From contig CAVOCG010000001.1 in assembly GCA_963694095.1 (NCBI GenBank), positions 9,663 to 73,662 of the forward strand: DNA of 64,000 bases. Direction: 5' to 3'. This DNA is from Gammaproteobacteria bacterium. Its GTDB lineage: Bacteria > Pseudomonadota > Gammaproteobacteria > Pseudomonadales > Pseudohongiellaceae. Below the pieces are notes generated by a model, which was not told the origin of the DNA, did not search any database, and was given only the letters and a program-made list of their open reading frames with translations. The translations under genes were made by a program, and so were the position numbers. Below are positions 50,275-59,537 of this stretch, piece by piece (position 1 is the first letter of the stretch; every line of letters begins with the position of its first letter).

Positions 50275-50310
50275 AAAAAAGGCCGGTGTGGTTTATCCCC
50301 ACCGGCCTTT
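50275..50310. terminator. Intrinsic terminator (strong for the minus-strand NHL gene)
   Basis: A6-GGCCGGTG-loop-CACCGGCC-TTT. Confidence 0.7.
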
Positions 50311-50331
50311 CCTATTACTGGTTTTAAACTT

Positions 50332-51456
50332 CTAAAATAACCCGGTAATTGCCCGCACTCGGTGGCTTTCACTATCTGTTACATATACGATGCCTTCGTG
50401 AACACATACACCGTGGGGCCGATTAAGCTTGCAGCTAAGTGGGTCTCCATCGGGCCCATCCCCTCTTTCACCACTGCCAAGTACCGTGTCAATTAGCCCC
50501 GATGCCAGTCGCATACGGCGGATAACATGATTCTCTGTATCGACAATATAAAGACTGTGATCCACAACTGAATACGCAATCCCCTTTGGCCCATTGAATG
50601 TCGCTATGTCGGCAGAACCACCATCACCAGTATATCCACGCTCACCAGTGCCAGCAATTCGTTGCAGGGTGCCGGCTTCTGAATCCAACCTGAATACCGC
50701 ATTACCCTCTCTAAGCACCAGATAAGCATTCCCATCGGGGTCAGTATCCAGTGAGCGAGGCCCCAGCAGTGGTGTTCCCACGAGCGGACCATCATCCGGA
50801 GTAGCCTCGCGTTCACCCGTGCCAGACAGAGTGGAGATTATCCCGTTATACATGTCCACGCGACGAACTCGAGAATTGCCTATATCGCAAATAAGTAAAT
50901 TGCCCATGGCATCGAAGGCAATACTGTGGGGCTGTCTAAGCTGAGCAGCTATTGCTGGCCCGCCGTCACCTGCGTACCCCGCCTCTCCGATACCTGCTAC
51001 AGTAGACACCAAACCGGAACGGCCATCTATGCGTCGCACCACATGGGCATCCCGCTCCACTACAAAAAGATTGCCCTGGGTATCAAATCGGATTTCGTGC
51101 GGCGCAGAAAAAGAAGCATTCAATGCCTGGCTTCCATCGCCCAAATAAGCTTTCTCGCCATTTCCGGCGATGGTTGTAAGTCGACCGCTTGCCAAGTCCA
51201 AACGTCGTGTGCGCCCAGTATCTACCTCGCAGAAGTACAGTGCACCGTCAGGGCCGGTGATGACACCATAAGGATTATTCACGGGTGTTTCTGGGCCAGG
51301 TAAGCCCGCGGAGCCTTCTGCCTGATACCCTGCGATTCCGGTTCCAGCTACAGTTTGAACACTGGTGCTCTGTGCCAGGACTGATTGTGGTTTGCCTGCC
51401 ACAGTCGATGCAGCGATGGCTAGCTGTAAAAAGCGCCGTCGGTTAAGGTGAGTCAT
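50332..51456 (-). CDS. Tat-signal NHL-repeat beta-propeller protein
   Basis: ATG at 51456 gives MTHLNRRRFLQLAIAAS, a twin-arginine signal. Repeated GYxGDGG...P.GIA.D..GNL...D..N..VRR units follow. Confidence 0.7.
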   Translation of the reverse strand: MTHLNRRRFLQLAIAASTVAGKPQSVLAQSTSVQTVAGTGIAGYQAEGSAGLPGPETPVNNPYGVITGPDGALYFCEVDTGRTRRLDLASGRLTTIAGNGEKAYLGDGSQALNASFSAPHEIRFDTQGNLFVVERDAHVVRRIDGRSGLVSTVAGIGEAGYAGDGGPAIAAQLRQPHSIAFDAMGNLLICDIGNSRVRRVDMYNGIISTLSGTGEREATPDDGPLVGTPLLGPRSLDTDPDGNAYLVLREGNAVFRLDSEAGTLQRIAGTGERGYTGDGGSADIATFNGPKGIAYSVVDHSLYIVDTENHVIRRMRLASGLIDTVLGSGERGDGPDGDPLSCKLNRPHGVCVHEGIVYVTDSESHRVRAITGLF

Positions 51457-51675
51457 TTGGGAGTAAATCCTATGTTTTAAGGAAAGCCTCAGCTTATCCA
51501 CCTTTGACAGTGAAGACAAACACCGAGTTTAACTGATCAGCCAAAATACTTAGAAGCATTTTGACATGCACCAATTTGGGCCGCCGCGGGTAAGCAGAAC
51601 TAGTAACCTTCAATGGGCGAGCTTTTCAAGAGCATTGGGAGATGCGAGTTAGCGCCATGTTTTACAAAAGCCACA

Positions 51676-51714
51676 AATAAAAAGGGCCGGCAGGAATTAC
51701 TCCCTAACCGGCCC
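51676..51714 (-). terminator. Intrinsic terminator after 51737-53077
   Basis: The minus strand reads GGGCCGG-loop-CCGGCCC followed by TTTTTATTTG. Confidence 0.65.
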
Positions 51715-51736
51715 CCCGAGTAGTCAAATGCTTCTT

Positions 51737-53077
51737 CTAATCGACGTCGGCTTCTGTCCGCTCTGCGAGCAGTCCCTCATAGCCTTCTTCGTCAAGATGA
51801 GTAACAGCTATCCACGCGTGTGACATTTCATCACCTGTACGACTGCCTCCAAAGACCCATTGATCAGGATCAGGGTTGTTGGGGTTATTGGCTGTATTGT
51901 CATACCACTGCTTGATCACCAGTACCGCACCAGCTGGCAACAACGGCGCTGATTCAGTCTCATACAAGTGGCTGTGATGCCAAGTAGCACTCCACTTTGA
52001 AATCTGGCTGATCGCTTCAGTTCGACCAGTTTCCGGATAGAAAATTTCCAGTGAAGCCGCATTCATACGCAGGTGGCCATGTGGCTGAAAGCTATCGATT
52101 CGAACCGGGTGGTCAAAAGAGTGAAAACCCTGTGTCATCGTTGTGCCGTTAGGAGGAACGATTAACTGCCCACCCACGTAGCCCCCTCTAATACCGTACA
52201 ATCTTAAGTCCTGTTTGTAGGGATCTGTTTGCGCTATGAAATCTTCATCATGGAACCAGATACCGATTTCAACAACGTTATCCAAAACCGCTTTGTTTTG
52301 CGCAGCGCCACCGACCCCTCCTGGGAACATATGAATATCCCAAGCAACACGAGAATTGGCTGGTATTGTGCGGCATACACCAGGAGGCATGATCTCACCC
52401 CATTTACCCATAGCGTATTCAGTTAATTGGCCGTATTTCTCATACTCACCATCTTCGTTGAGAACCTCAACATCAGAATTAGCATGGTGAACCACCGATT
52501 TGGCATCGCCTCGGGGTTTCACCTGAATTGCCTGGATGCAACGATCCTGAGTCACTCCAGTAGGAACGTGATGCTTGTGCCAAAGATCAGTTCCATTAGC
52601 AGGAATATCGATTGCAATTGACGGAATAATCAATGACGGAGGACCAAACTGCCCGGCAAAGTTCCATTCATCAACGTCTGCAATATCAGCTACCAATGGC
52701 TCACGGTCGCCCCAATTACCTAGTGGCGCACCCTGGTCTACCCAGTTTACGATAGTATCGATATCTTCCTGTGCTAAGCGCCAGTCGCCTTGCAGGTCCT
52801 GGATACCAATGCCGTGGTCGTATGCATAGGGAGGCATTTCCCGATTTGCGACTTTCATCTGAATAAGAGGAGCCCAAGGGCGCACCTGATCAAAAGTCTC
52901 GAACTGCATTGGTCCGATGCCACCTTCACGGTGACAAACCACACAGTTTTCATTAATAATCTTGGCTACGTGATCTGCGTAAGTGATTTGATCCTGCGCC
53001 TGAGCTTGAAGCCCAAACACAAGCACTGCAGCGCCGCTTAGGGCTGCCCAAATGCGCGTTTTAAAAAGAATACTCAT
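51737..53077 (-). CDS. Exported haem-c / PHM-DBH-like copper monooxygenase fusion protein (short form, paralogue)
   Basis: 446 aa. CVVCHREGGIGPMQF, VVHHAN, IHMFPGG, PHGHLRM, GDEMSH. Confidence 0.7.
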   Translation of the reverse strand: MSILFKTRIWAALSGAAVLVFGLQAQAQDQITYADHVAKIINENCVVCHREGGIGPMQFETFDQVRPWAPLIQMKVANREMPPYAYDHGIGIQDLQGDWRLAQEDIDTIVNWVDQGAPLGNWGDREPLVADIADVDEWNFAGQFGPPSLIIPSIAIDIPANGTDLWHKHHVPTGVTQDRCIQAIQVKPRGDAKSVVHHANSDVEVLNEDGEYEKYGQLTEYAMGKWGEIMPPGVCRTIPANSRVAWDIHMFPGGVGGAAQNKAVLDNVVEIGIWFHDEDFIAQTDPYKQDLRLYGIRGGYVGGQLIVPPNGTTMTQGFHSFDHPVRIDSFQPHGHLRMNAASLEIFYPETGRTEAISQISKWSATWHHSHLYETESAPLLPAGAVLVIKQWYDNTANNPNNPDPDQWVFGGSRTGDEMSHAWIAVTHLDEEGYEGLLAERTEADVD

Positions 53078-53512
53078 ATTGCTCTCCGTGCTGTTAGAAA
53101 TTTAGGTGAAAGAGCTAAAAATAGCATCTTTGACTCTAAGTAAACTCACACCCATATAAATTTTCGTCTACCTATAATACATCATAAAACAATAATTAAA
53201 TAAGCTTTTATTGATATATCAATTTTGTATAGTCCAGAAATTAGAGATGTAAGAGCTCTTAAGCTGACTCCAACGCTAAATGGCTACCAGCCTTTAAATC
53301 TGAAAATGGGTTTAAATAACTAATATGAGTCAAGTAGCAGCGATTACCGAGCTCAAAGCTATTGATCAAGCTCAATAAGTGCTTATTTCAGCAAGGAATT
53401 TAAGCTATTGTGCTCTAGGTCTAGAATAGACTCCCCCTCAATCCAATTAATTAGGTCGGAGCCTCGTCTCTCTTCACGTATAATCTCCGCATTTCAGCCC
53501 GCGCAATCTTAT

Positions 53513-55138
53513 CTAGCTGTTCGATGCATTTAGAAACGGACCATCGACACACAGCCTTCTACCGTCAGGGGCACCGCAAGCACCACAGATGCCCACACCA
53601 CATTTAGTTAGATAATCGATTGCGCTGAAAATTTGATTGTCTCCGCAGAATTTTCTCTGTACTTCCACCGCTGCATGCACCATTGGCTCCGGCCCACAAT
53701 TATAAAATATCAGCGTATCCAATTCTTCAGAAGACATTGATTCTAACTGCTTTGCCAGTAATTCAGTGACGAGACCATGATGACCCCGACTACCATCATC
53801 GGTAGCAATATGCAGATTACCTATGGCAGCACATTCATCGAGGAAATACAGACGCTCCTCAGTACGCGCACCGATGAATATTTGGGCATTGCCAAAATCC
53901 CGGGCAATTTGATACACCGCAGCCAGTCCAGTGCCGCCCGCCACAGCAATAATTTTTCTATCCTTCGGCGGTAACACCGCATTACCATGGGGACCTCGCA
54001 CATAAGCCTCGGTACCCACTTCAAGACTGATTAACGCTTCAGTAAACGCACCAAGATTGATTGCTACCAGGGAAAAAGGATCATCGGTCAGTGCAGAAAA
54101 TGGTTTCTCTCCCAAACCTGGAATCCACAGATAAATGAATTCACCCGCCTGCACACTTACCTTACGATCAAAAGTCAGGATGGAGATATCGTCAGTTATT
54201 AGTTTGTTTTCGACCAGCGTTACTGGCCTAAAATCCATATCAATATCGTAGCGAACCAACGCCTCAGCATGTTCTGTGCCATTGGCAAGATCAGCGCTTA
54301 ATACCTGGAAGTATTCCGTTATTTCATCGCTGTTCATACCAGTCAGCGCTGAGCCAACACCGATAACTGATGCGCCGGCAGCTTGGAAAGCGCGCACATT
54401 ATCCGCACTGCTTATCCCGCCGCAGGCGATTACAGGGCATTGAACACTAACGCATATTTCTTTCACACACTTTAACGCGGTAGACAACACTCCCTTGCCC
54501 GATACACCGCCTTTACCGTTGCTCAGAACCGGGTGACCCTGGCTGCTGAAGCTCTCAGGTCCCATAGTGTTTATCGCACAAATCCCATCGGCACCCCAGG
54601 CGGCGGCGGCCATCGCGATCTCGCCAATATTAGGCACATTGGGAGTTAGCTTGGCGACTACAGGTATGTCCACAGCCGCCTTGACCGCTTTCACTATGTT
54701 CTTTACAAGTTCAGGATCTTGCCCCATTGCCATGCCATAGCCCTTTGCATGCGGACAGGACAGGTTAAGTTCCAATCCATCCCCGTGGGGGGCCATGATT
54801 TTCGCCACTTCAACATATTCCTCGATACTGCCTCCAAAGATGGATATCAACAAAAATCGATCTTCGGGAATTATTAACTGCGACATTAACTCAGCAGAAG
54901 CCAGTGCGCCGGGGTTAGTTAACCCTACTGCGTTTAGAAAACAACCAGGCTCATATTGAGTTAGAACAGGTTCGCGATAGCCCAATCTAGGCTCGGGACC
55001 TATGCTCTTGGTAGTGAGTACTCCCACCTCGGGTATGGAGTCGAAAATCAACTGAATAATCGGTGCGGAGCAGGTTACGATGCCAGAAGGAATTGTGAAA
55101 ATGCCGGAGAGGGTCTTGCCTAAGAATTCTGTTTTCAA
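53513..55138 (-). CDS. Fusion of a class-1B-type dihydroorotate dehydrogenase-like catalytic domain with a PyrK-like FAD/[2Fe-2S] electron-transfer domain
   Basis: 541 aa. NAVGLTNPG, LELNLSCPH, VAKLTPN and GGVSGK are followed by a flavodoxin-reductase-like part ending CGVGICGACG. TTG start. Confidence 0.7.
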   Translation of the reverse strand: MKTEFLGKTLSGIFTIPSGIVTCSAPIIQLIFDSIPEVGVLTTKSIGPEPRLGYREPVLTQYEPGCFLNAVGLTNPGALASAELMSQLIIPEDRFLLISIFGGSIEEYVEVAKIMAPHGDGLELNLSCPHAKGYGMAMGQDPELVKNIVKAVKAAVDIPVVAKLTPNVPNIGEIAMAAAAWGADGICAINTMGPESFSSQGHPVLSNGKGGVSGKGVLSTALKCVKEICVSVQCPVIACGGISSADNVRAFQAAGASVIGVGSALTGMNSDEITEYFQVLSADLANGTEHAEALVRYDIDMDFRPVTLVENKLITDDISILTFDRKVSVQAGEFIYLWIPGLGEKPFSALTDDPFSLVAINLGAFTEALISLEVGTEAYVRGPHGNAVLPPKDRKIIAVAGGTGLAAVYQIARDFGNAQIFIGARTEERLYFLDECAAIGNLHIATDDGSRGHHGLVTELLAKQLESMSSEELDTLIFYNCGPEPMVHAAVEVQRKFCGDNQIFSAIDYLTKCGVGICGACGAPDGRRLCVDGPFLNASNS

Positions 55139-55281
55139 CGGGCTGAAAAACTCATGATCAAATGGAAATACTGTGGCGCATTCTACCCGTTGCTGATGCG
55201 GAGTGCATTAGCCGATTTGATTTTACAAAATTGGATGTTGACTAGATAGCTAAAACACCCAGCCTTCCGCGAGAACAGGCC

Positions 55282-56319
55282 TTATGCGATCCCCGCTCCC
55301 CGCACACCAACATAAACAGAATACAGTGACTGACTTGCTGTCATAAAAAGACGATTTCGCCGTGTGCCACCGAAGCACACATTGGCACAAACTTCAGGGA
55401 GACGGATAACGCCAATGGTGTCGCCATCCGGAGCAACTATCTGCACACCAGGACGCGCACCCGCCCAAATATTGCCATCAACATCACATCGAATACCGTC
55501 TGCTGAGGTCGTCGACTCAGAACCATCCAGTGCTGACAGCTCCGCATGACGGCGGCCATTACCCAATGTCTCTCCATTTACATCCCAGACACGAATTTCA
55601 CGACCACTACCGGTATCTGCCACATAAAGGAGGTCATAATCAGGCGAGAAACACAGTCCATTAGGCGCACCAATGTCGTCGGTGACTTTGTCGATCCGAC
55701 CGGAGGCCCCATCGACACGATAGATAGACAGCGGCAATTCAACATCGGCCCGGCTGCCTTCATAGTTTCCCCGAATTCCATAGGGTGGATCGGTAAACCA
55801 AATGCTTTTGTCGGGGTGGACTACCACATCGTTTGGGGAATTCAGCGGTTTCCCATCAAAGTGGCTGGCAACAACGGTTACAGTGCCGGACTGTTCGTAT
55901 CGGACTACCCTGCGACCACCGTGTTCACAAGATAATTGACGCCCCTCATGGTCAAATGTATTTCCATTGCTGTTCCCCGATGGATTGCGAAATTCAGTAA
56001 CGCGCTCATCTTCCTCAATCCATCGCAGCTGACGGTTGTTGGGAATGTCGCTCCATACCAGGTAGCGACCGACACCGTTCCATGCCGGCCCCTCGGCCCA
56101 CAAAGTGCCAGTATGGTGACGCTGGATAGGAGTATTAAAGAGGATGTAACGCTGAAAGCGTGAATCGAGAGCGATAATATCAGGATCTGGATACATCAAC
56201 GGATTCGCGCCGGTCCAATCCCTTGCCTGATAAGCTGAAAGTTCAGTTTGTGCATGTCCCAAAATGGGCAGCAAAGCACCACTGGCTAAGGTCGCTGAGA
56301 GAAAAGTTCGACGCTTCAT
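55282..56319 (-). CDS. SMP-30/gluconolactonase/LRE-family propeller with a Tat-like signal
   Basis: 345 aa with MKRRTFLSATLASGA and AEGPAWNGVGRYLVWSDIPNNR. Confidence 0.82.
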   Translation of the reverse strand: MKRRTFLSATLASGALLPILGHAQTELSAYQARDWTGANPLMYPDPDIIALDSRFQRYILFNTPIQRHHTGTLWAEGPAWNGVGRYLVWSDIPNNRQLRWIEEDERVTEFRNPSGNSNGNTFDHEGRQLSCEHGGRRVVRYEQSGTVTVVASHFDGKPLNSPNDVVVHPDKSIWFTDPPYGIRGNYEGSRADVELPLSIYRVDGASGRIDKVTDDIGAPNGLCFSPDYDLLYVADTGSGREIRVWDVNGETLGNGRRHAELSALDGSESTTSADGIRCDVDGNIWAGARPGVQIVAPDGDTIGVIRLPEVCANVCFGGTRRNRLFMTASQSLYSVYVGVRGAGIA

Positions 56320-56606
56320 TTAGTCCCCATTGGCACAATGTCGTTCGGATAATCAATTAATAGTGTCTGTGTTGATGTCACAGTTCTATGAATGCTAACC
56401 AAACACGGGTTTATTGTCGAGAATACCATTTAGGAGAAACTTATGATTGCGGATTCTGTAGCATAGGCGCTTTCTGGAAAACTGCATGTGAAAAGGAATA
56501 CGGCTAACCTCGATTTCTTCCAGATTATTTAACTTATTGTTTAATAAAGAAAATAAATAAATAAATTTCACAAATATCATAATTTGTAACATTTATCTCC
56601 AGCCAG

Positions 56607-56635
56607 TTGGGCTAGAATGCGTACGCAATTATAAT
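56607..56635 (+). promoter_or_regulatory. Sigma70-like promoter candidate for the TonB-dependent receptor gene
   Basis: TTGGGC, 17 nt, TATAAT, about 80 nt upstream of the ATG at 56715. Confidence 0.4.
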
Positions 56636-56714
56636 CGCTGCGAGCTGTAACCAGCCTAACCCGCTTACCTAATTGTAGCTTTACATCCTAAAACCAGCAC
56701 TTGAACTAACAACG

Positions 56715-58898
56715 ATGGACAGCCAACTGATGCGCATCTCCAACACTTTTAAACTCTTATACGTCTCCCTGTTACTCCTTGCGAATATGCTCCAGCCTGC
56801 CGCTGCCCAGGACGGCAACGCAGATGGAGACACCACTGTAATGTTTCCAGCATCCTATTTCACAGAATATGCACCGGTAAATGCCCGCGACATGCTAGAT
56901 CGAATTCCGGGTGTTGGCTCAACCACAGGCGGGGGACCTAATGGTGGTAATAGTGGCCGTAGTGACCGCGGAGGACGTGGTTTTGGCAGCGGCAGCAGCA
57001 GCAGTGAAATCTTGATCAACGGCAAAAGGACTGCGGGCAAAAACAATCAAACCCGAAATCTCTTACGCAGGATATCTGCAGAACAAGTAAACTATATTGA
57101 GCTCATTCGCGGCACCTCGGGGGACCTCGATGTACGCGGCAGTGCCCAGGTAGTCAATGTGGTTCTATTTGAAGAACTGTCCGACTCCAGCGTCTCCTAT
57201 GAGGCGAACATGGATCGATACCGAGACGGAAAAAATCAACCCGGTGGTTCAATTACCTATAGCAGTAAGATTGGCAATCTGGATTTTGTTTTAGGCGCTG
57301 TTGCAGAACCAAGATACAGCCATTCTGAAAGTGATGAATACAGTATTTTGGGTGATTTCTCGCCTAATGACATAGTGCGCGAAGACAGAATTACAGACCA
57401 GCTAAGCAGAGATCTCAGCGCGAATCTGGAATATGAAATTAACGCCAAAAACAGTGCCCGCTTTAATGCACTATATTCCGAGAATGACAATCCGACAGAT
57501 TTATTTCGCCAGACTAGCGATCTTACCACTACGCCAAATAGCCTATTGAGCGAGCGCGAAGACATACCCGGAGAACGGGATAATTGGGAGATTGGTGGAG
57601 ATTACGAATACATATCCGAGCAGGGTTCCCGCTTCAAAGTATTATTTATATCCAATCAGGATAATCGAACTGCCACACGGGAGCGGTATGAAATTGCCGC
57701 TGACGGCTCCGAAACCAAGAATTTATTTCTAGATTCAAGCAGTACTTTCGAAGAGCAAATCATCCGCGGATCCTATACTTTCGATATATTCGAAAATCAG
57801 GATATAGAATTCGGTGCAGAGCGCGCCCAGACAACCCTGGACTCAAATTTAGCGCTTGGTCTCAGCGATACCACCGGAATTCCATCGCCAGATTATGGAG
57901 GCCTGGTTCCGGTTGCCATCTCCAATGCCAATTCCAAAGTCAAAGAAATTCGCTACGAACCTTTTGCTATTCATAACTGGGTTATTAATTCCAGAATGTC
58001 ATTGGAAAGCACTTTATTGTATGAAAGTTCTGAGATTAGCCAATCCGGTGACGTGTCGAAAAAGCGCGATTTCGATTTTTTAAAACCCAAAGTGGACTAT
58101 CGCTTCGATTTGACCCCCACCTTACAACTCCGTGGTTCCATAGAAAAAAGGGTCTCTCAGTTGAGTTTCAATGATTTTGTTGCTTCGACTGATGAGCAAG
58201 ATAATGATTCCAATACGCTAGCAGGCAATGCGAACCTTACACAGATGTGGTTTTGGAAATACGACTTCAATGCCGAATACCGCCTGCCAAATGATGCCGG
58301 TGTGGTGGATGCTAATATTTTCTATCATGACCATCACGACGTGATCGATCGCATTGATGTTTCGCCATCTAAAGATGACCTCCAATCTGCCGCCGGCAAC
58401 ATTGGTGACGGCACCATGTACGGCCTCCGTCTTAATGCCAGTGTAAGAATGAATATGATTAATATGCCCAACTTACTGGTTTCATCGCAGTTCAGTGTGG
58501 CCGATTCAAATATCACGGATCCTTTTTTGGGGATTGAGAGAAGGTTCGCCAACTTTGGTCGTGGCCGCTGGACCCTTAGTGCCCGCCATGATCTACCACA
58601 ATGGAATATGAATTATGGTGCCAGTTGGAGTAATCGTTTCGATGATAACCAGAAACGTTACGATATTGATGATGTGGTCAGTAGTGTTGGGGAGCCCAAT
58701 ATCTCCGTTTTTCTCGAGTTTATCGCCTTCGGCGGGACTACATTTCGCTTCGATGCCAGAGATACCAGCAACAACCTACAGTGCCGCGAGCGCACGCGAT
58801 ATCTTGGACGTATCTCTACCGGTATAATCGAGGAAATCGAGGACCAGTGCAGTAGCCGCGGTCGTGTGGTGTCTTTAAAGATTAGCGGGACTTATTAA
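56715..58898 (+). CDS. TonB-dependent outer-membrane receptor
   Basis: 727 aa with a signal peptide and a plug region (DMLDRIPGV...ILINGKR). The long beta-rich body ends in an aromatic residue (SLKISGTY). Confidence 0.8.
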   Translation: MDSQLMRISNTFKLLYVSLLLLANMLQPAAAQDGNADGDTTVMFPASYFTEYAPVNARDMLDRIPGVGSTTGGGPNGGNSGRSDRGGRGFGSGSSSSEILINGKRTAGKNNQTRNLLRRISAEQVNYIELIRGTSGDLDVRGSAQVVNVVLFEELSDSSVSYEANMDRYRDGKNQPGGSITYSSKIGNLDFVLGAVAEPRYSHSESDEYSILGDFSPNDIVREDRITDQLSRDLSANLEYEINAKNSARFNALYSENDNPTDLFRQTSDLTTTPNSLLSEREDIPGERDNWEIGGDYEYISEQGSRFKVLFISNQDNRTATRERYEIAADGSETKNLFLDSSSTFEEQIIRGSYTFDIFENQDIEFGAERAQTTLDSNLALGLSDTTGIPSPDYGGLVPVAISNANSKVKEIRYEPFAIHNWVINSRMSLESTLLYESSEISQSGDVSKKRDFDFLKPKVDYRFDLTPTLQLRGSIEKRVSQLSFNDFVASTDEQDNDSNTLAGNANLTQMWFWKYDFNAEYRLPNDAGVVDANIFYHDHHDVIDRIDVSPSKDDLQSAAGNIGDGTMYGLRLNASVRMNMINMPNLLVSSQFSVADSNITDPFLGIERRFANFGRGRWTLSARHDLPQWNMNYGASWSNRFDDNQKRYDIDDVVSSVGEPNISVFLEFIAFGGTTFRFDARDTSNNLQCRERTRYLGRISTGIIEEIEDQCSSRGRVVSLKISGTY

Positions 58899-58905
58899 CG
58901 AAGAA

Positions 58906-59490
58906 TTAGCGTTCCAAAGCTCGGTCCAGGAAATCCAATTTATCCTGACCCCAAAATATTTGCTTCTCAAAGACAAATGTTGGCGCGCCAAAAACGCCCA
59001 CTTCCAGTGCTTTGTGACTGTCACTGGTTCTAAATTGGAGCGCCTCATCAATTTGGCTTAATAACAAACTCCCGTCCAGCTGACATTCTGCAGCGATAGA
59101 AAGCAATGTCTCTGAATCACTAATATCACGTTCTTCTACCCAGCATGCACGCAAAAAAGCGCCAGCCAAAACCAGCGCCGCATCGGGTTGGGTTTCCCGT
59201 AAATTGATGACCATTGCAGCCGCTAATTTATCGCTGGTTGGAAAATACTTGGGCTCAACTATCAATGGCAAGTCCAGGAAGTCGCGCCAGCGCTGCAATT
59301 CCAGCAAGCGATAGGCTTGACGAACCGGTGCACGTTTAGGCAGAGGCAAGCCACCGCTATTTGGAAAAATCACGCTGAAATCTACGGGCCAGATATTAAT
59401 TGAAACTCGATGGCGTTCGGCGATTTCAAGTAATCGCTGGTGCCCCAGATAACTCCAGGGAGAGATCAGGGATAAATAGTAATCAATCAT
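58906..59490 (-). CDS. 2-hydroxychromene-2-carboxylate isomerase / DsbA-like thioredoxin-fold protein
   Basis: 194 aa. MIDYYLSLISPWSYLG at the N-terminus and GAPTFVFEKQIFWGQDKL at the C-terminus. Confidence 0.7.
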   Translation of the reverse strand: MIDYYLSLISPWSYLGHQRLLEIAERHRVSINIWPVDFSVIFPNSGGLPLPKRAPVRQAYRLLELQRWRDFLDLPLIVEPKYFPTSDKLAAAMVINLRETQPDAALVLAGAFLRACWVEERDISDSETLLSIAAECQLDGSLLLSQIDEALQFRTSDSHKALEVGVFGAPTFVFEKQIFWGQDKLDFLDRALER

Positions 59491-59537
59491 TTAAGTCTCT
59501 CATAACTATTCTCTGTCTAGCCCAGTTTTTATTGCGT

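Larger units (their letters stand above)
48923..53077. repeat. Inverted duplication: two convergent paralogous genes flanking an NHL-propeller gene
   Basis: The arms are 48923-50251 (+) and 51737-53077 (-). Near-identical DNA tracts are 49103-49252 vs 52739-52888 (about 2 mismatches by eye) and 49901-50176 vs 51812-52087 (about 6 mismatches by eye). Confidence 0.9.

Noticed and set aside
56348-56363. GATAATCAATTAATAG, which looks Fur-box-like, near the TonB-dependent receptor.
   Set aside because: Only the first 6 nt match the Fur consensus. It lies ~350 nt from the receptor start, beside the lactonase gene start. That is too weak to call.
56551-56566. Tandem AAAT repeat tract, and the other short tandem repeats in the window, considered as a CRISPR or phase-variation element.
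   Set aside because: It is only about four units, non-coding, with no repeat-spacer architecture. No cas genes are present in the window.
56395-56592. 65-aa ORF in the AT-rich spacer upstream of the TonB-dependent receptor.
   Set aside because: Its composition is Ile/Leu/Asn/Lys-rich as expected from AT-rich non-coding DNA. It has no SD and overlaps the likely promoter region.
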